A DNA stretch of 64,000 nucleotides from a virus. The notes below the pieces were generated by a model. It was not told the DNA's origin. It made no database searches and saw only the letters and a program-made list of their open reading frames with translations. Positions 27,437 through 35,230 of this stretch are shown in pieces; within the stretch, counting starts at the first letter, position 1, and every line of letters begins with the position of its first letter. Where the stretch lies: positions 4,304 to 68,303 of IMG/VR virus record IMGVR_UViG_3300042731_002679; one strand, 5' to 3'. The translations under genes and the position numbers were made by a program.

Positions 27437-27742
27437 ATGGCACGGTATCGGATGGACGACGGCAGCGTGGTGGACACCGACAGGGCCACGCAGTCGTGGG
27501 AGGAGGAGACCGATTGGGACGGTAGGAACCACATCAGCCGGGCGACCGGCTCGCAGTGGGACCACGAGACCCTGTATCGGTCCCGTAAGGGGCGGTACTA
27601 CGTCGAGCACACCTCCCAGTGGCAGGGCAGCCGGCCGCACGTCGAGTGGCTCAGCCCCGAAGCGGCGGCCCGGTGGCTGCTGCTGATGGACGAGGAACTG
27701 CCGGAGGACCTGGCGCAGTACGCCGACGAGATCATCGAGTAG
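27437..27742 (+). CDS. hypothetical phage protein
   Basis: AGGAG SD; ETLYRSRKGRYY...SPEAAARW. Confidence 0.75.
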   Translation: MARYRMDDGSVVDTDRATQSWEEETDWDGRNHISRATGSQWDHETLYRSRKGRYYVEHTSQWQGSRPHVEWLSPEAAARWLLLMDEELPEDLAQYADEIIE

Positions 27743-27835
27743 CGCGACCCGGCCCCGACCCCTCCGGTGTGAGCGGAGGGGAAGGGAGCGGGCCGACTGA
27801 GAGCCCGCGTTCCTGTAGCAAGGGAGGATGAGCGA

Positions 27836-28594
27836 ATGGAAACGAAGACGCGGCGGGTCCGCATCGTGCAAGACTGCGATGCCGACAGCCCGCGGACCTG
27901 GGACAACATGGGCGTCATGGCCTGCTGGCACAGCCGGTACACCCTTGGCGACGAACAGCCGAAGGTGGACTCCGGCGAGTGGCTGCGCGACCTGGCTGTC
28001 GAAGCCTGCCCCCGGCTCGGTGAAATCATCGAGTATTGGGAGAACGAGGGCTGGGACTGGTTGCAGTCGAAGCTCGGCACGTACAGTGAGGCCGACCAAG
28101 CGATCATTCCCCACCTCGACGACCTCATCGGTCGTGTGCTGGTCAAGCATTTCGTGATCCTGCCGCTGTACCTGTACGATCACAGTGGCATCACGATGAA
28201 CGTGGGCGGGTTTTCCTGCCCGTGGGACAGTGGCCAAGTGGGCTACATCGTGTGTTCGCTCTCGAAAGCCCTGGAGTGCTGGCTTCTCTCGGAGGGCGAT
28301 TGGGATACCGAGGTCGAGTACACCGATGGGCCGGTCACTCTGCGGGAAGGGACCACGCGCAACCTCAAGTGCGAAGTGGAGACCTACGCCCAGTTCCTCG
28401 AAGGCAACGTGTACGGGTTCATCGTGGAAGAGTGCGAAGAGTGCGACTGCTGCGGTCACGCCGAGTGGGAGCACGTCGATTCGTGCTTCGGCTTCTACGG
28501 CTACGACCCCGAAGAGAACGGCATGGCGGATCATCTCGACGATGATCTGCTGGAGATGGCCAAGGACGCGGAACCCGAGTATCGGAGATACTGA
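27836..28594 (+). CDS. acidic hypothetical phage protein
   Basis: SPRTWDN, LYLYDHSGIT, CPWDSGQVG, DSCFGFYG. Confidence 0.8.
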   Translation: METKTRRVRIVQDCDADSPRTWDNMGVMACWHSRYTLGDEQPKVDSGEWLRDLAVEACPRLGEIIEYWENEGWDWLQSKLGTYSEADQAIIPHLDDLIGRVLVKHFVILPLYLYDHSGITMNVGGFSCPWDSGQVGYIVCSLSKALECWLLSEGDWDTEVEYTDGPVTLREGTTRNLKCEVETYAQFLEGNVYGFIVEECEECDCCGHAEWEHVDSCFGFYGYDPEENGMADHLDDDLLEMAKDAEPEYRRY

Positions 28595-28597
28595 CCC

Positions 28598-28993
28598 ATG
28601 AAGCAGAACCCACCCAACGCCCGGTTCTGGGTGTACCTCAACGGCAGCCCGGTCAAGCTGACGCTTCGGCCGGGCGCGGAGTTGCACCACTACTGGGGTG
28701 AGCCGAACGACGAGGGCGGCTGGTCGAGCGCGGCGCATCGCTGGGAGTACGTGGTCAACGACCCGGACTTCCCGCCGCATGTGCTGCGAGAGTGTACCAT
28801 TGACGGCCGCGATTGCGACGGTCGTTTGACGCAACACTACGACTCGGTATGCTCGGTGGAAGACCTGGCGGCCCACGTTGTCGAGGGGGCCGAGTACAAG
28901 GACTTTCACGACGGGCGGGAGATTTGCTACCCGAAGTGGGAGCGGACGACCGCTTGGAACCGCGACGAGTTCGCGGAAGCGATGGGGTACTAA
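28598..28993 (+). CDS. hypothetical protein
   Basis: RDCDG motif, C-terminal RDEFAEAMGY. Confidence 0.75.
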   Translation: MKQNPPNARFWVYLNGSPVKLTLRPGAELHHYWGEPNDEGGWSSAAHRWEYVVNDPDFPPHVLRECTIDGRDCDGRLTQHYDSVCSVEDLAAHVVEGAEYKDFHDGREICYPKWERTTAWNRDEFAEAMGY

Positions 28994-29033
28994 CGGGCCG
29001 CGTGGCCCTTTCTTTCCTGTAGCATGAGGACCA

Positions 29034-29222
29034 ATGCAAATGGACAACCAATGGTGTGTGCTGGTCAAGAACGACCCTATCGTGTCGGTCGGCCAGTCTG
29101 TCGCCGGTCCCTTTGACTCGGCTGGCAAAGCAGAAGGGTGGATCGCGGAGGACTTGGACATCAACAATGATGTGCGGGACAACTACCTCATTCTGCCTTT
29201 CTTCGATACGCGGGACGACTGA
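29034..29222 (+). CDS. small hypothetical protein
   Basis: Motif plus GAGGA; GPFDS...A..W. Confidence 0.65.
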   Translation: MQMDNQWCVLVKNDPIVSVGQSVAGPFDSAGKAEGWIAEDLDINNDVRDNYLILPFFDTRDD

Positions 29223-29260
29223 TCGTTACTACTTTTCCTGTAGCATGAGGAGGATGAAGA

Positions 29261-29854
29261 ATGAGCAAAGTGACCGAGGCGATTGATCGGCTCGCAGAAA
29301 CCCCGAGCCGACCGGCCGACGAGTTCTGGACTCACGAGCAGGCCCAGGCTTCGATCAACGAGTTCTGGGAGGTGCGAACCGACAAGTCGATGAGCGAGGA
29401 TTCGCGGGCCGAGCGGTGCGCGGAGATCATCGCTAGCTCGAAGCCGATTCGGAACGTGTCAGAGAACGACAGCGGCAACACGGTGGTCCGCTCGAACGCC
29501 GATTCGCTGGGGGTATCCCACGAGCGGTACGTGTTCGACTTCGACGACGACTTTCGAGCGGCCGGGTGGTTGCAGTTCGACACGAACCAGGACGCCTGGT
29601 ACTTCGGCGTGTGGGTCAATCCCAAGACCTTTCAGACATTGACCTACGCGGAGGGCGACGTGACGCTGGTATTGTGCCGCGATGCCGAGCACTACAACGC
29701 CGAGATTCGTGATGCGTGCGATTTCTACGGCGAGGGGTTTCAATTCTTGGAGTGCAACATGGAAGGTCTGCAAAGCGTGCTGCTGGGAACGCATGACCGA
29801 GACGCTTCGGTTGTGGCCCATCGTCAGCAGCGGGAGAAGTTCCTGGTTTCGTAA
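29261..29854 (+). CDS. hypothetical protein
   Basis: Motif plus GGAGG; WLQFDTNQDAWYFGVWVNP...YAEGD. Confidence 0.75.
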   Translation: MSKVTEAIDRLAETPSRPADEFWTHEQAQASINEFWEVRTDKSMSEDSRAERCAEIIASSKPIRNVSENDSGNTVVRSNADSLGVSHERYVFDFDDDFRAAGWLQFDTNQDAWYFGVWVNPKTFQTLTYAEGDVTLVLCRDAEHYNAEIRDACDFYGEGFQFLECNMEGLQSVLLGTHDRDASVVAHRQQREKFLVS

Positions 29855-29937
29855 CACCCCACCACGAACCCGCCCTCGCAAGGGGGCGGGCTGTTGTGCG
29901 GTGTTTCTTCTCACCTCGTAATACGAAGGAGGATGTG

Positions 29938-30312
29938 ATGCACAGACAAGCCGTTAAGCGATTGCGAGACCAGATTCAAGCCATGTTTGACGCGGCCGAC
30001 CTTGGGGGCTACCACGTTACTGTTGGCAACGCAACGTATTGCGACAACAACGCGACGTTCAAGGTGGAGTTCGCCGAGAAGGCCGCCGATGGGACTGTGT
30101 TGACAAAGGACGCGATCGCCTTCAAGGAGTTGTGTAGCCTGCACGGGCTGTCCGCAGACGACCTGGGGAGGGACTTCACCTGCCAGGGAAGGACCTTCAA
30201 GATTGCCGGTCTGAAACCTCGGGCGACGAAACGCCCGATTCTTTGCGACGGCGACGACGGCAAGCAATACAGCTTTCCGGCAAAGGCCGTCATCATGGGT
30301 CTTAAGAAATGA
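29938..30312 (+). CDS. hypothetical protein
   Basis: AAGGAGG SD. Confidence 0.75.
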   Translation: MHRQAVKRLRDQIQAMFDAADLGGYHVTVGNATYCDNNATFKVEFAEKAADGTVLTKDAIAFKELCSLHGLSADDLGRDFTCQGRTFKIAGLKPRATKRPILCDGDDGKQYSFPAKAVIMGLKK

Positions 30313-30941
30313 AATCCATTCTCAGCCTATGCGACCTGTCGGGCTCGTGGAGCTTGCCATACGTCGAGGCGGGCTACGAGGTCGTGCAGGTGGATGTGCT
30401 GCATCCTTCAGGGTGCAGGAAGGTGGCCCCCAACGTGTGGCGTGTCGGGTGTGATCTTCTCGACGTTACGCAACAGACATGGTATCGGGGTTTACCATTT
30501 CATGGAGTTCTCGCAGCGCCGCCGTGTACTTGCTTCTGTCGGCCGGCGGCTCGATGGTGGGCACGGCAGGATGCCGAGGGGAAAACGGATCGAGACGTGG
30601 CGCTTATCCGTCGATGCCTCGACTTGTGCCAAACTGCCACCGCATGGTGGGCACTGGAAAATCCACCGGGTCGGGCACCGAAACTCATACCGGAACTAGG
30701 TCGTCCAGCCTGGCAATTTCACCCGTGGCACTACGGAGACCCGTGGCGCAAGCAGACCTACATTTGGGGCACGGCAGTCAAACCTCCCCCGACCGTAACT
30801 ACTGAACCGCCGCGGCTAACGTACCGGACGCCTAATGGGAGACTGCAAGGACGCATTTCCAGAATGTCCTCTTCATGGCAAAACCAACGCAGCGAGACTC
30901 CGGCAGGATTCGCCCGCGCGTTTTGTCTTGCAAACCCTTAG
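30309..30941 (+). CDS. short phage-type DNA cytosine-C5 methyltransferase
   Basis: ILSLCD.SG.WS (motif I variant), AAPPCT (catalytic PC), WALENP, RS.TP.GFA. Confidence 0.8.
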   Translation: MKSILSLCDLSGSWSLPYVEAGYEVVQVDVLHPSGCRKVAPNVWRVGCDLLDVTQQTWYRGLPFHGVLAAPPCTCFCRPAARWWARQDAEGKTDRDVALIRRCLDLCQTATAWWALENPPGRAPKLIPELGRPAWQFHPWHYGDPWRKQTYIWGTAVKPPPTVTTEPPRLTYRTPNGRLQGRISRMSSSWQNQRSETPAGFARAFCLANP

Positions 30942-30970
30942 TCCCTAACCACAGCAAGGAGACCTTGCCC

Positions 30971-31585
30971 ATGAGTGAAACCACAGTGACCCTTCCCAGT
31001 CACGCCGAGATCGAAGCCCTGATCGAAGCGGCCGGCGATCGCATCAACGGACTGACGTTCGTTGAAGAGTATGTGATCGAAGACTACCCGATCAGCTTCC
31101 GCGACCGCGGCCGATGCTACATGGCCGTGGAGTTCAAGTCGAAGAAGGGCTGGCGTACCGTGAAGCGGACGACCAACCGGCGCGGGACGTGGTGCAAGCC
31201 GAAGTCCTGCACCTACGACGGGCTGCCGATCGCCGTCGTCACCGGGGAGGACATCGAGAAGGAAGCCGCCTGGCTGCGTGTCAGCAGCCACGGCCAAGCG
31301 GCGATCTACCTGCAAGCGGCCAACGGGGACTGCGAGGACGTGATCCTGCGGCGCCCCGATGGGATTCCTGGCATGCAGCCCCGGCGCGAGCCGCATCGGT
31401 ATTCGATGAAGGTCGAGCGGTTTACGTTCGGCGACGACCACAAGGAGTCCGAGGTCGAACACCACGAGTTCCCGGCCGACCCGCCGGAAGTGTGCGATGC
31501 CTACGACGTGTGGGTCGATGGCCTCACGCGGCTGGTCAAGCTGGTGAAGCAGAAGATGCCGCAGGCGGTGTCGAGCACCGCCTGA
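30971..31585 (+). CDS. hypothetical protein
   Basis: AAGGAG SD; DYP...WCKPK..TY. Confidence 0.75.
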   Translation: MSETTVTLPSHAEIEALIEAAGDRINGLTFVEEYVIEDYPISFRDRGRCYMAVEFKSKKGWRTVKRTTNRRGTWCKPKSCTYDGLPIAVVTGEDIEKEAAWLRVSSHGQAAIYLQAANGDCEDVILRRPDGIPGMQPRREPHRYSMKVERFTFGDDHKESEVEHHEFPADPPEVCDAYDVWVDGLTRLVKLVKQKMPQAVSSTA

Positions 31586-31586
31586 G

Positions 31587-31614
31587 TTGACATACCCCCT
31601 TGCGGGTGTATAAA
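31587..31614 (+). promoter_or_regulatory. sigma70-like promoter of the candidate sRNA
   Basis: TTGACA-N16-TATAAA; shares TTGACATACCCCC with the promoter at 24481. Confidence 0.7.
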
Positions 31615-31620
31615 GCAGAC

Positions 31621-31700
31621 AACTCCTTTGCTACGGGGAGTGGCGGCGGTCGGGCTTGACACCCCCTTGCCGGCCTTGGCCGGGGCCGCCGCCTTTTTCT
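31621..31700 (+). ncRNA. candidate trans-acting antisense sRNA
   Basis: Lies between the promoter and terminator stem GGCGGCGGTC/GGCCGCCGCC-TTTTTCT; 5' hairpin is the reverse complement of the RBS motif. Confidence 0.65.
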
Positions 31701-31739
31701 TCCCTCCCCAGAAGCGGGGGCATCTTGCCTATCTTAACC

Positions 31740-32021
31740 CTAAAGTGGCTGTTTTTCGTCCGATGTACTTTGGGTGGCTCGGGAATCGCCTTGACCCTCA
31801 TCCCGAGTTTTCCCCTGCGGTAGCTTGCGAGCTTTTCGCAAGGCGTCGACGTTCCCCTGCCTGCCGGCCATCGCAGGGTTCTTCCCGAGCCGGTACGGGT
31901 AGAGGGGGCACAAACCAGACTGGGTTCCGTCACACGGGCACAGCTTGACCTCGTTGGACGAGCCACAGCAGCAGTCGAGGCACTTGGCACGGATCGCCTT
32001 GATGGGAGTCAGTCGCTTCAT
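31740..32021 (-). CDS. small Cys-rich phage protein, lone reverse-strand gene
   Basis: CAGGAG SD; PIKAIRAKCLDCCCG..NEVKLCP...CPLYPYRLG. Confidence 0.75.
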   Translation of the reverse strand: MKRLTPIKAIRAKCLDCCCGSSNEVKLCPCDGTQSGLCPLYPYRLGKNPAMAGRQGNVDALRKARKLPQGKTRDEGQGDSRATQSTSDEKQPL

Positions 32022-32124
32022 CGGGTAGTTCTCCTGGGGCAACGGGAAAGTGGACTGCCATAGGGTAACGCACCCGCCGTTTTGGGTACAAGATCAGTTT
32101 TCTCTTTTCAGTGGAGGATGAGCG

Positions 32125-32640
32125 ATGATTACCATTCGCAACGCCAACAGTTCCTACGGCATGGCCGTGGACTTCACCGCCGAAGACCTGCCCTCGGCCG
32201 TGGCTGAAATGCAGGACACGATCCGCATGTGCGGTGAGGAGTTCGCCGACGTGGTCGTGACCGAGGATGACTACGAGATCGTGGAGTCGCACGAAGCGAA
32301 GCACACACCGGGACCGTGGAAAGCCGAACACGACAACTACGGCGACGAAATTTGGTACGGCGGCAACGCTTGCGGGATGTGGACAATCCGCGGTCCTAAT
32401 GGTTGCTACATGGCATCCTGCGACAACGGGAGCGAAGCCGAACGCGCTCGATGCGAAGCTGACGCCCGGCTGATCGCGGCCGCGCCGGAGTTGCTGGCCG
32501 TCTTGCGAGAGTTTGTCCCCCCAGGATCGGCAGCCCACGACCCCACCTGCCCCCGCGTCCGGCACGGGGATTACGAGTCGTGCAACTGCCGCGCTGGCCG
32601 TGCCCGCGCCGCCATCGCCAAGGCCGAGGGCAACCACTAA
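32125..32640 (+). CDS. mosaic hypothetical protein
   Basis: HTPGPW...DARLIAAAPELL...ARAAIAKA motif common in phage ORFs. Confidence 0.75.
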   Translation: MITIRNANSSYGMAVDFTAEDLPSAVAEMQDTIRMCGEEFADVVVTEDDYEIVESHEAKHTPGPWKAEHDNYGDEIWYGGNACGMWTIRGPNGCYMASCDNGSEAERARCEADARLIAAAPELLAVLREFVPPGSAAHDPTCPRVRHGDYESCNCRAGRARAAIAKAEGNH

Positions 32641-32661
32641 CCAACCACCCGGAGAAGTAGA

Positions 32662-32946
32662 ATGGAAGCAAACACTCCACCAACCACGATGGACCGGACC
32701 ATGCCATTCGACAAGAAGAGCCGCAAGATGTGGCTCACCCCGGAAGCCTACATGGGGCTTCAAACCGCAGCGATCCGGCAGGCAACACTACGCCATGCCA
32801 TCACGCTGGCAGAGAACACCGTAACCAACTTCGAGCGGCTATCGAAATGCCGCGGCAGCATCAACCCCGACGAAGCGCTGGACTTGCTGCGGTCCATCGT
32901 CGCTCGCTTCGCCGACATTCTGGAAGGAGGTGAGGAGGATGAGTGA
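32662..32946 (+). CDS. hypothetical protein
   Basis: GGAG SD. Confidence 0.6.
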   Translation: MEANTPPTTMDRTMPFDKKSRKMWLTPEAYMGLQTAAIRQATLRHAITLAENTVTNFERLSKCRGSINPDEALDLLRSIVARFADILEGGEEDE

Positions 32947-33157
32947 GATTCGCTTGTATGGGCACACCACCGACGGCGGCGCACAGTATTTGTGCGATCA
33001 GTTCGTCGAGTGCCCCAACGGAGAACGGGAGGGAGTATTTCAGGGCTCCAACATTATCGTCAGGCTGGACGGCGAGCCGGAGGTCATGCTTCGGGGTGAA
33101 TATGCCTCCGCATCTTTAGACAGGAGGATGAACCTTGCGACTGATCGGTCAGGCTAA
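32939..33157 (+). CDS. hypothetical protein
   Basis: GGAGGT SD; TDGGAQYLC. Confidence 0.6.
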   Translation: MSEIRLYGHTTDGGAQYLCDQFVECPNGEREGVFQGSNIIVRLDGEPEVMLRGEYASASLDRRMNLATDRSG

Positions 33158-34169
33158 GGGTGGCTTCTACGCAGCCGCCCCGGAGGCGATCGCCGAAGTC
33201 CTCACAAGACTCAGGCGACCGCCCGACGACCAACCCTGTACCCTCATCGACCCGTGTGCCGGCGAAGCTGCCGCCCTGTTGCAGCTTGCCGAAGGGCTCA
33301 ACGCCGAACCCTACGGGATCGAACTCTCAGAAGACCGGGCTTCGGAGGTGGCCCGCTTGCTCCCCGAGGGGCAGTTCATCGCCCCCGCCGACCTCCTGGG
33401 CTGCGTGATCCAGTCCAGGTGCTTCTCGTTCGTGTGGTGTAATCCCCCCTACGATTACGCCACCGGGAGTCTCGGCCGAGTCGAGTGGCATTTTCTGGAC
33501 AAGTGCCTGCCGCTGCTGGTCGACCACGGGATCATGGCCCTGGCCTGCCCCGAGTCGGTCGCCGACAAGCACGAGACTCAGGTGTGGTTCGAGACCTACT
33601 GCGAGGACGTGTCGTGCTTCCCCTACCCCGAGGACGTTCGCCACTTCAACGAAATGGTGATCGTGGGACGGAAGCGGGAAGCGGTCAACCCGCGACCGCA
33701 GACGTGGAACGCCCGCCGAGAGTGGCGGGAACGGCACCTCGTCTACGATCTTCCACCAGGCAGACGGCCCGAGACGTTCATCAAGAACGAACCGACCGAC
33801 GCCGAAGTGATCCGCATGCTGGCGGATAGCCCGCTGCAACCGAAGCCGATCCGTAACATCGACCGCCGCCCCCGGCCACCGATGAGTCCTGGCGAAGGAC
33901 ACCAGGCCATGCTGCTGGCGTCGGGGTTCCTCAGCGGTCTGATCTGCCCACCCGATGAACCGCCCCATGTGATCCGGGGCCTTGCCAGAAAGGAGAAGTT
34001 CCTACGGGAGCAAACCGAAGAGGAAAACAAGGATGGTAGCGTGACCACGCGAACGGTCTACAGTGAGAAGATCAACCTCGTTGTTCGCACGGTAGACTCG
34101 TTCGGAAACCTCGTAACCCTTGGGGAGGATGATGATGAAGCGAGTGGACACACTGAAGACGGGGGATAA
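33135..34169 (+). CDS. N6A/N4C DNA methyltransferase (DUF6094-like)
   Basis: GFY, DPCAGEA, YGIEL, NPPY. Confidence 0.85.
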   Translation: MRLIGQAKGGFYAAAPEAIAEVLTRLRRPPDDQPCTLIDPCAGEAAALLQLAEGLNAEPYGIELSEDRASEVARLLPEGQFIAPADLLGCVIQSRCFSFVWCNPPYDYATGSLGRVEWHFLDKCLPLLVDHGIMALACPESVADKHETQVWFETYCEDVSCFPYPEDVRHFNEMVIVGRKREAVNPRPQTWNARREWRERHLVYDLPPGRRPETFIKNEPTDAEVIRMLADSPLQPKPIRNIDRRPRPPMSPGEGHQAMLLASGFLSGLICPPDEPPHVIRGLARKEKFLREQTEEENKDGSVTTRTVYSEKINLVVRTVDSFGNLVTLGEDDDEASGHTEDGG

Positions 34170-34359
34170 GGTAGACCTCGACTCCTGCCCGTTTCTCCAT
34201 GACGAACCGGCAGCCGAGTTCGAGTATGCCGTAGTTGGGGAGATTCGCCCAGAAGGCCCCGTGCTTGTCGTGGACTACGACAATCTTGGGTTGTGCTGCG
34301 CGTATCACCCTGAGCAATTACTGGAGGTGGCCGATGATAGCAGCACCACCGATGAGTGA
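34135..34359 (+). CDS. small hypothetical protein
   Basis: GGAGG SD. Confidence 0.55.
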   Translation: MKRVDTLKTGDKVDLDSCPFLHDEPAAEFEYAVVGEIRPEGPVLVVDYDNLGLCCAYHPEQLLEVADDSSTTDE

Positions 34360-34948
34360 ACCGGAGACGGACAACACCCTCGCCAGGCTCAGGGCCACGT
34401 CGGAGAACTCCCGGTTCACCGTCAAGGTCGAGTCGGCCGCGTGGCATCACAAGTATTACTACGAACCCCGGCGGCTGCTGACGCTCTCCTGCGTCGGCTC
34501 GGACACCGCCATCAAAGCCATCCGGGCCATGTTGTTGGACCCGGAGATTCCCGTGCGGCTCGACTTCTGGGACGACGACGCCGACCGCACCACCATGCTC
34601 GCCAAGGCGTCCGAGAACGGAGGCCGGAAGCTGTGCAAGTACGCCACCCGGGTCGCCCGGCTGGCACGCGGGGCAACCCACTTGGTTGCCACAGCGAAGA
34701 TGGATGGTCTACTGCGTGAACTCTCCGACGATGCCCTCTGGCTGGCGTTCAGCGGAGACGACTTCGATACCCCGGTCCTGCGTGGCTGGGTGCCGTGGCT
34801 TCGCAAGAAGCTGGAAGAGAACGACCTGTTGCAATCCTGCGATGGGTACAACCAATCCGTCGGCGTCCTGCTGGCCAGCAGCGCTCAACTCGATGAGCTT
34901 GTGTCCCGCGGGGTGAAGACGGGGAACCTCAAGATGGAGGATGAGTGA
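34334..34948 (+). CDS. hypothetical protein of the MTase-helicase module
   Basis: GGAGGT SD; lies between MTase and helicase; TP.L..W.PWL. Confidence 0.7.
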   Translation: MIAAPPMSEPETDNTLARLRATSENSRFTVKVESAAWHHKYYYEPRRLLTLSCVGSDTAIKAIRAMLLDPEIPVRLDFWDDDADRTTMLAKASENGGRKLCKYATRVARLARGATHLVATAKMDGLLRELSDDALWLAFSGDDFDTPVLRGWVPWLRKKLEENDLLQSCDGYNQSVGVLLASSAQLDELVSRGVKTGNLKMEDE

Positions 34949-35230
34949 ATGGCAACACGAAGCGCTGACGGATACCAACTTTTCTACGGGGCGTTCGTCT
35001 ACATCCGGGTTGGCGGCGAGTATCCCCCTGGCAGGTATCGCGCAAGTTCCATGAAGATCGCGTCGATCAACCCAAACCGACGCAAGAGCCTGCGTTTAGA
35101 GCCGCCCCCGGATTCTGGCAGGACAAAGGGCTGCTGGCGATCACCCGACGAGGTGTACCGCAACGGAGACGTTGCCAGGGGGCTGAGGCCCAATGGTTCA
35201 CAGCGACAGGAGGATGCCCATGCAAGCTAA
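34949..35230 (+). CDS. hypothetical protein
   Basis: GGAGG SD. Confidence 0.5.
   Translation: MATRSADGYQLFYGAFVYIRVGGEYPPGRYRASSMKIASINPNRRKSLRLEPPPDSGRTKGCWRSPDEVYRNGDVARGLRPNGSQRQEDAHAS

Larger units (their letters stand above)
25431..27830 (+). repeat. five structured intergenic elements GACCYGGC-[variable hairpin]-GC(G/T)GGCCG-[hairpin]
   Basis: Copies start at 25431, 25718, 26606, 27315, 27746, each 1-13 nt after a stop codon. Confidence 0.75.
23394..29256 (+). repeat. dispersed start-associated motif CCYGTAGC-N2-6-(G/A)GA(G), 9 copies
   Basis: CCYGTAGC at 23394, 24657, 25217, 25506, 25803, 26674, 27812, 29016, 29237, each 18-27 nt before an ATG. Confidence 0.9.

Noticed and set aside
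27788-27807. CTGAGA loop as a hammerhead ribozyme core
   Set aside because: Lacks CUGANGA plus GAAA geometry; absent from the other four copies
25431-27830. GACCCGG elements as a CRISPR array
   Set aside because: Copies are degenerate, irregularly spaced and separated by whole genes; no cas genes
25431-27830. GACCCGG elements as integron attC sites
   Set aside because: No RYYYAAC/GTTRRRY boxes and no tyrosine integron integrase in the window
31621-31641. Inverted motif as the RBS of a minus-strand gene
   Set aside because: No start codon at usable spacing and no credible ORF follows on the minus strand; promoter and T-tract polarity favour plus-strand transcription (disfavoured, not fully excluded)
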